Origin: an uncultured Candidatus Rokubacteria bacterium
GTDB taxonomy: Bacteria > Methylomirabilota > Methylomirabilia > Rokubacteriales > DASRDR01
Direction: 5' to 3'
Length of the DNA: 64,000 nt
NCBI GenBank assembly: GCA_963826115.1
Contig: CAWGVS010000005.1
Location: 288,001-352,000 of the forward strand
The notes beneath the pieces were generated by a model. That model was not told the DNA's origin and made no database searches. It saw only the letters and a program-made list of their open reading frames with translations. The translations under genes and the position numbers were made by a program. Below, one piece after another: positions 58,769 to 64,000 of this stretch (position 1 is its first letter; each line of letters begins with the position of its first letter).

Positions 58769-60439
58769 CTAGAGGCCGAGCGCGACGCCGCCCGGGCGCG
58801 GGTCGCTGCCGCCGCGCAGGAGGCCGCGCGCGGCGTCCACCTGGATCAGCTGGACGGCGCCGCCGCCGGCCCAGGCGCCGAGGGTCTCGACGACGTGGCC
58901 CCGGTCCGCGAGCTCGCGGCGGGTCGCCTCGGGGACGAGCTCCTCGATCCGCACCGCCGCGGGGAGCCCGAGGTTCGCGGGGTCGGTCCCCGGGAAGCTG
59001 AACCAGCGCGGCGTCTCCACGGCCTCCTGGGGCGAGAGCCCGTGGTCGATCATGCTGCTGATGACCTGGGTGCTCCACTGGGTCTGCTGGTCGCCGCCGG
59101 GGGTCCCGCCGACGAGCCAGGGCGCCCCGTCCCGGCAGACGAGGAACGCGTTCAGCGTGTGCATCGTCCGCTTGCCCGGCGCGATGACGTTCGGGTGGCC
59201 CTCGTCCAGCGAGAAGCCGCGGCCGGCGCGGTTGTTCAGCGTGATCCCCGTGTCCCCGGCCACGACACCGGAGCCGAACGCGGCGGACAGGCTGTGGATG
59301 AAGGAGAGCGCGTTGCCGTCCCCGTCGACGACGGCGAAGTAGCTCGTGTCACCGTCGTGCTCGGGCGTGAGCGCGCGCCGGGCGAACCGCGCCCGCGCGA
59401 GGTCGATCTCGGCCCGGCGGCCGGCGGCGTGGTCCTTGCCGATGAGCTCGTCGAGCGGCCACTTCACGAACGCCGGGTCTCCGGCCACTCGGTTCCGGTC
59501 CTCGAAGGCGAGCTTCTTCGCCTCGACGGTGAGGTGGATGCGGTCCGCGCTCGTGATGGGCAGGCTCGCGAGGTCGAATCCCTCCAGGATGTTCAGCTGG
59601 GAGAGCACGAGGAACCCCTGGGAGACGGGGGCCGTCTCGTACACCGTGTAGCCCCGGTAGTCGCTCGAGATCGCCGGGTAGAAGAAGGTCTCGTCCCGCT
59701 GGCGCGCGAAATCGTCGGCCTCGAACGGCCCGCCCTCCTGGCGGAAGAACGCGAGGAGTCGCTCGGCGAGCTCGCCCCGGTAGAACGTCTCCGCCCCGCC
59801 GGCGGCCACGGCCTTGAGGGTCCGCGCGAGATCGGGCGCCGCCCAGCGCTCGCCCGGCGCCGGCGGCCGGCCGCCCGGCAGGAAGAACCGCGCCGAGTGC
59901 GGGAAGCGGCGGAGGACCTCGGCGCGCTCACCGATCCACCGGCTCACCCAGGTGGTGATGGCGACACCGTCCTGGGCGAGCTTGATGGCCGGCGCCCAGA
60001 GCTCCTCCCAGGGGATCGTGCCCCAGCGCTTCCAGATCGACTCGTAGAAGGCGACCGCGCCCGGGACGGCGACCGCGTGGACGCCGTCGAGCGGCATGAG
60101 CTTCTGGCCGTTCGACGTGTAGCGCTCCCGTGTGGCACCCGCGCCCGCGACGCCGCTCCCGTTCAGGCCCAGGACCTCCCGCCGGCGGGCGTCGTAGATG
60201 ACGGCGAACCCGTCGCCGCCGAGGCCGCACATCATCGGCAGGAGCACGCCCTCCGCCGCCGCGACGGCGATCGCCGCGTCGAAAGCGTTCCCGCCGCGGT
60301 CGAGCACGGCTACGCCGATGGCGGCCGCCCGCGGGTGGGCTGAGGCGACCATGCCACGCGCGCCGAAGGCCTCGGGGTAGCGGGTCGGTGAGGAGGGAGC
60401 TCGCCAGGCGCCGTCGTGGGATTGGCTGGGATTCGTCAT
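58769..60439 (-). CDS. ggt: Gamma-glutamyltransferase
   Basis: GGNAFDAAIA, GLGGDGF, DTSYFAVVD autoprocessing Thr, PGKRTMHT, GTPGGD, DPR. Confidence 0.92.
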   Translation of the reverse strand: MTNPSQSHDGAWRAPSSPTRYPEAFGARGMVASAHPRAAAIGVAVLDRGGNAFDAAIAVAAAEGVLLPMMCGLGGDGFAVIYDARRREVLGLNGSGVAGAGATRERYTSNGQKLMPLDGVHAVAVPGAVAFYESIWKRWGTIPWEELWAPAIKLAQDGVAITTWVSRWIGERAEVLRRFPHSARFFLPGGRPPAPGERWAAPDLARTLKAVAAGGAETFYRGELAERLLAFFRQEGGPFEADDFARQRDETFFYPAISSDYRGYTVYETAPVSQGFLVLSQLNILEGFDLASLPITSADRIHLTVEAKKLAFEDRNRVAGDPAFVKWPLDELIGKDHAAGRRAEIDLARARFARRALTPEHDGDTSYFAVVDGDGNALSFIHSLSAAFGSGVVAGDTGITLNNRAGRGFSLDEGHPNVIAPGKRTMHTLNAFLVCRDGAPWLVGGTPGGDQQTQWSTQVISSMIDHGLSPQEAVETPRWFSFPGTDPANLGLPAAVRIEELVPEATRRELADRGHVVETLGAWAGGGAVQLIQVDAARGLLRGGSDPRPGGVALGL

Positions 60440-60449
60440 GGGGGCCATC

Positions 60450-61452
60450 TTACGCGACGCCCGGCGTCTCGGCGAGTTGTCCGATCTCGCAGAGCGGCTC
60501 ACCGGCGGTGACCGGCGGCGTGCTCACGACGTACACCACCTCGCCGGCGAACGGCGCGCGTACCTCGTGGAGGACGGCGCCGAAGGCGTCCGTCAGCCGG
60601 CCGAGGAGCCGTCCCGTCGACACGGACTGCATCTTCTCGACCACCGGGTGCCAGACCCCGGTTACCGGTGCCCGCAGGACCTCCGCGCGCGTGATCCACA
60701 CGGGGTGCGTGACGCGCGCGGACGGCCCATCCATGATCCCGAGGTGCGCCAGGAGGGACCGGGCGCCCGCCTCGTGGGCCGCGACCGACGGTTCGTCCGT
60801 CAGCCCCATGCCGCCCGACTCGGCGGTGATCGCGGGCTTGCCGCGGGTGATGGCGGTGTTGGCGGTGAAGCTGCTCGCGGCCGGGTCCTTCGGCCGTCCC
60901 CGGTCGACCAGGATGTGCTCGAGGCCGTAGGCGAGCGCGAGCTCGCGCGACCCCGCGTCGACGGCGGCGCTCCCGCCCACGATCCAGTAACTGTACGGGC
61001 GGAGGGACTCGTTGCCGTCGCCGCAGTGCATGTCGGCGAGGTGCGTGCACGGGTCGATGACCTCGCGCGTGATGGCGAACGCCATCCGGTCGCTCACCGT
61101 GCCGTCGGCCTTCCCCGGATAGACGCGGTTCAGGTTTTTTCCCGTCGGGGCTGTAGTAGACCCGGCGCCCGTAGAACGCGGGCGGATTCGCCATGTGGAC
61201 CAGGATCGCCGCGCCCCGCATCCGCGCGGGCTCGAGGCGCGGCCGGAGGCGCTGGAGCGCGAGGATCGAGGTGTACTCCGAGCCGTGCGTCCCGGCGACC
61301 AGGGCGAGGACCGGCCCGGGGGCGGCGCCGTTGGCGACCGTGACCGGGATTCGCGTGCCCGGGTCGACGCCGTCCGGCACCTCGATCCAGCCGGACGCCA
61401 TGTGGCCGGGGTCGGCGGTCGCGCTTCCAACGGTGAGGGGCGTGGGGGTCAT
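60450..61452 (-). pseudogene. Succinylglutamate desuccinylase/aspartoacylase (M14) family gene with an extra base in a poly-A run at 61135-61140
   Basis: GTHGSEY then YYSPDGK in one frame, NLNRVYPG, DMHCG, ESGG in the next; A6 where A5 would restore the frame; probably a sequencing error. Confidence 0.8.
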
Positions 61453-61598
61453 CGGTCGCTCTCCTTCTCGTCCGGTCCGGGATGGCCGCGGCGCCGCGGC
61501 GGGGCCTCCATCGTGCCTCGGCTCCGCGGCGCGCGCCACCCTGGCCGGGACGAATCCGCGGGCTTGACGCGGAAGGGCCGGCGACGACACTGGAGCGG

Positions 61599-62582
61599 AT
61601 GCCCGGCCAGGCGCCCGAGGACGAGCCCGAGCGTCGACGCCCGCTGTGGCGGATCGGGCAGGGGTGGCGGCGCGGCCGGCGCCAGGTCTCGCCGTGGACG
61701 CTCGGCGGCCTCTCGGTCAAGCAGCTCGCGAGCCTCGTGTGGGTGGAGATCCAGAAGGACGAGCTGCTCGACCGCGCGGCCGCGCTGTCGTATTACTTCG
61801 TGTTCGCGCTGTTCCCCACGCTCCTCTTCCTGACGACGCTCCTCGGGATGTTTCCCGGCCGGGACCTGATGGAGCGACTCCTCCAGACGGCACAGGACGT
61901 GCTCCCGCCCGACGCCGCCTCGCTGCTCCGGCGGACGCTCTCCGAGGTCCAGCAGGGCGCCGGCGGTCGCCTCCTCTCGGTGGGGGCGGCGGCGGCGCTC
62001 TGGGGCGCCTCGCGCGGGATGGTGTCGATCATCACGACGCTGAACGTCGTGTACGGGGTCACCAGCCGGCGCCCCTGGTGGCGAAGGCAGCTGGCGTCCA
62101 TCGTGCTCACCATGATCTTCTCGATCCTGGCGCTGGGCGCGCTCCTCTCGATCGTCTTCGGCGAGCGCGTGGGGCGCGCGATCGCGGTCTGGGCTGGATA
62201 CGGCTACGTGTTCACCGCGGTGTGGGAGCTCCTCCAGTGGCCCGTCGGCCTCCTGTTCGTCCTCACCGGGATCGACCTCGTCTACCACCTCGCGCCGGCG
62301 GTTCGCCAGCGCTGGTACTGGCTCACTCCCGGCTCGGCCTTCGCGGGGGTGGCGTGGACGGTGGTGTCCCTCGGCCTTCGCGCCTACGTCAACCAGTTCG
62401 CGAACTACAACGCGACGTACGGCTCGATCGGCGGGGTGATCCTGCTGCTCCTGTGGCTCTACCTCTCGGGGATGGCGCTCCTGATCGGCGGGGAGATCAA
62501 CTCGGAGATCGCGCGGGCCGCCGCCGCGCGCGGCGAGGAGATCGCGGTTCCCCTCGACGCGCCCGGCGACGGAGCTACTTGA
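61599..62582 (+). CDS. YihY/virulence factor BrkB family membrane protein
   Basis: AAALSYYFVFALFP, YNATYGSIGGVILLLLWLY, GGEIN. Confidence 0.92.
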   Translation: MPGQAPEDEPERRRPLWRIGQGWRRGRRQVSPWTLGGLSVKQLASLVWVEIQKDELLDRAAALSYYFVFALFPTLLFLTTLLGMFPGRDLMERLLQTAQDVLPPDAASLLRRTLSEVQQGAGGRLLSVGAAAALWGASRGMVSIITTLNVVYGVTSRRPWWRRQLASIVLTMIFSILALGALLSIVFGERVGRAIAVWAGYGYVFTAVWELLQWPVGLLFVLTGIDLVYHLAPAVRQRWYWLTPGSAFAGVAWTVVSLGLRAYVNQFANYNATYGSIGGVILLLLWLYLSGMALLIGGEINSEIARAAAARGEEIAVPLDAPGDGAT

Positions 62583-63276
62583 CGATCTCGAGGAGCTCCA
62601 CCTCGAACACGAGCGTGGCGCCGGGCTTGATCCGGGGCGGCGCGCCGCGGTCGCCGTAGGCGAGGGCCGCCGGGCAGACGAGCCGGCTCTTGCCCCCGAC
62701 CTTCATCAGCTGCACGCCTTCGGTCCAGCAGGGGATCACGCCGTTCAGGGGGAACGTCGCGGGCTCCCCGCGCTGGACCGAGCTGTCGAACACGTGGCCG
62801 TCCGCGAGGGTGCCGTGGTAGTGGACCTTGACCCGATCGGTCGCCTTCGGCGACGGACCGGTGCCGGGCTTGATCGGCACGATGACGAGGCCCGACGCGG
62901 TCTTCGTCGCGCCCTTCTCGGCGGCCGCCTTGTCGAGCACCGCCTGCCCCGCCTTCTGCTCGCCCGCCGCCACCGCCACCGCCCGCGTGCGCTGGAGGTC
63001 CTGGATCTTCGTGCGGTAGGCCTGCAGGTCGACCTGGCGCGTGCGGTTCAGCACGCCGTCGGTGATGCCCGCCTTGACGAGCTCGAGCTCGGCCGGCGTC
63101 AGCACGAACTGCGTGAGGCTGTCGGCGACCGCGAGGCCGATCGCGTAGAAGGCCTTCTGCTCCTCGGTCTTGAGCTCGGGGCCGGACTGGGCGCCCGCCG
63201 GGAGGGCCACTCCCGCCGCCAGCGCGCCGAGGAGGGCCGCGGCCGCTCCGATCTGAAGGTGATGCCGTATCGTCAC
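62575..63276 (-). CDS. FKBP-type peptidyl-prolyl isomerase (FkpA/Mip-like, exported)
   Basis: Signal peptide; VKVHYHGTL...FDSS, VIPCWTEG, AYGDRG, LVFEVELL. Confidence 0.94.
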   Translation of the reverse strand: MTIRHHLQIGAAAALLGALAAGVALPAGAQSGPELKTEEQKAFYAIGLAVADSLTQFVLTPAELELVKAGITDGVLNRTRQVDLQAYRTKIQDLQRTRAVAVAAGEQKAGQAVLDKAAAEKGATKTASGLVIVPIKPGTGPSPKATDRVKVHYHGTLADGHVFDSSVQRGEPATFPLNGVIPCWTEGVQLMKVGGKSRLVCPAALAYGDRGAPPRIKPGATLVFEVELLEIVK

Positions 63277-63328
63277 GTTGGTGTCCTTTCGTAGGAGATT
63301 CGCGAGACTCGCCCGGCCGCCGGTCCGG

Positions 63329-64000
63329 TCAGGAGCGCGGGAACGCGCCCAGGAACTCCTTGGTTCCGGGCGCGAGGACCGCGGCGAGTCCCACGTAGAG
63401 GAACAGCGCGCCGATGTCGAGGTAGTGGCGGACGGTGGCCGGCGTCGAGAGGACGCCCGGCGCCTTGCCGGCCGCGCGGATCCGCTTGATCGCGTCGTCC
63501 ATGGCGGACTTCACCTCGGGGTGGTCCATCTGGCCCGGGTGGCCCATCGACTGGGCGAGGTCGCCGGGGGCCACGAAGAAGACGTCGATGTGCTGGGTCT
63601 TCAGGATGTCGTCGAGGTTGTGGAGCGCCTCGACCTCCTCCAGCATGACGACGACCATCGTCTCCTCGTTCGCGCGGCGCGTGAAGTCGTGCATCTTCTC
63701 GCCGAACGCCGCCCGGCCGCCCGCGAAGCCCCGGTGTCCGATAGGGGAGAACTTCGCGTGGCGGACGACTGCCTCCGCCTCGGCCCGCGTGTTGATGTGC
63801 GGGATCTGAACGCCGCCGGCGCCGCGGTCGAGGGCGCGCGTGATCGTGGACGGGTCGTGGCTCTGCACCCGGACGATCGGCGTGACGTCGCACAACTCGG
63901 CCGCCCGCACCATGTCCTCGACCGCGTCCCAGCTCGCGGGCCCGTGCTCGCAGTCGATGAAGATAACGTCGTACCCCGCGCGCCCCAGCAGCTCGACGAG
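63329..64000 (-). CDS. HpcH/HpaI aldolase family protein (partial, start beyond the window)
   Basis: GYDVIFIDCEHG upstream of the listed ORF, RALDRGAGG, PIGHRG, MLEE, APGDLAQSMG. Confidence 0.9.
   Translation of the reverse strand, partial: LVELLGRAGYDVIFIDCEHGPASWDAVEDMVRAAELCDVTPIVRVQSHDPSTITRALDRGAGGVQIPHINTRAEAEAVVRHAKFSPIGHRGFAGGRAAFGEKMHDFTRRANEETMVVVMLEEVEALHNLDDILKTQHIDVFFVAPGDLAQSMGHPGQMDHPEVKSAMDDAIKRIRAAGKAPGVLSTPATVRHYLDIGALFLYVGLAAVLAPGTKEFLGAFPRS

Noticed and set aside
61133-61143. GGGAAAA as a programmed -1 frameshift site
   Set aside because: Restoring the gene needs a +1 shift, not -1; a homopolymer error is simpler

Overview
A very GC-rich (roughly 70% by eye), gene-dense stretch of bacterial chromosome. 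The gene repertoire and style (zinc-ribbon/cyclase/STAND/TPR protein, ILEI-domain membrane protein, many orphan catabolic enzymes) resemble Candidatus Rokubacteria (Methylomirabilota), but that assignment is inference only. There are about 58 CDS, mostly metabolic: msrA, metC, phoD, aroC, polB, a cobalt-type nitrile hydratase cluster, an ldtD/ycbK pair, acyl-CoA synthetase, ggt, a peptide ABC transporter, an FKBP and others. I saw no rRNA, tRNA, CRISPR array or IS element. The most notable signal is hidden by the ORF track. A rhodanese domain and a CBS-domain pair form one continuous frame (31457->30729, minus strand). It is interrupted only by an in-frame UGA in the rhodanese active-site loop (C-W-D-S-A-UGA), and a bacterial SECIS-like hairpin follows immediately, so this is a candidate rhodanese-CBS selenoprotein. 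It is translationally coupled to an unannotated 53-aa, 8-Cys mini-protein ending in HDHGG. Other highlights: a signal-peptide ORF ending in the ribosome-arrest motif RAPP upstream of a DUF1344-like secreted protein, a Lys/Arg-rich histone-like protein built from 42-bp repeats, a polB lacking a canonical start codon, two deletion-scar gene remnants and two single-base frameshifts.
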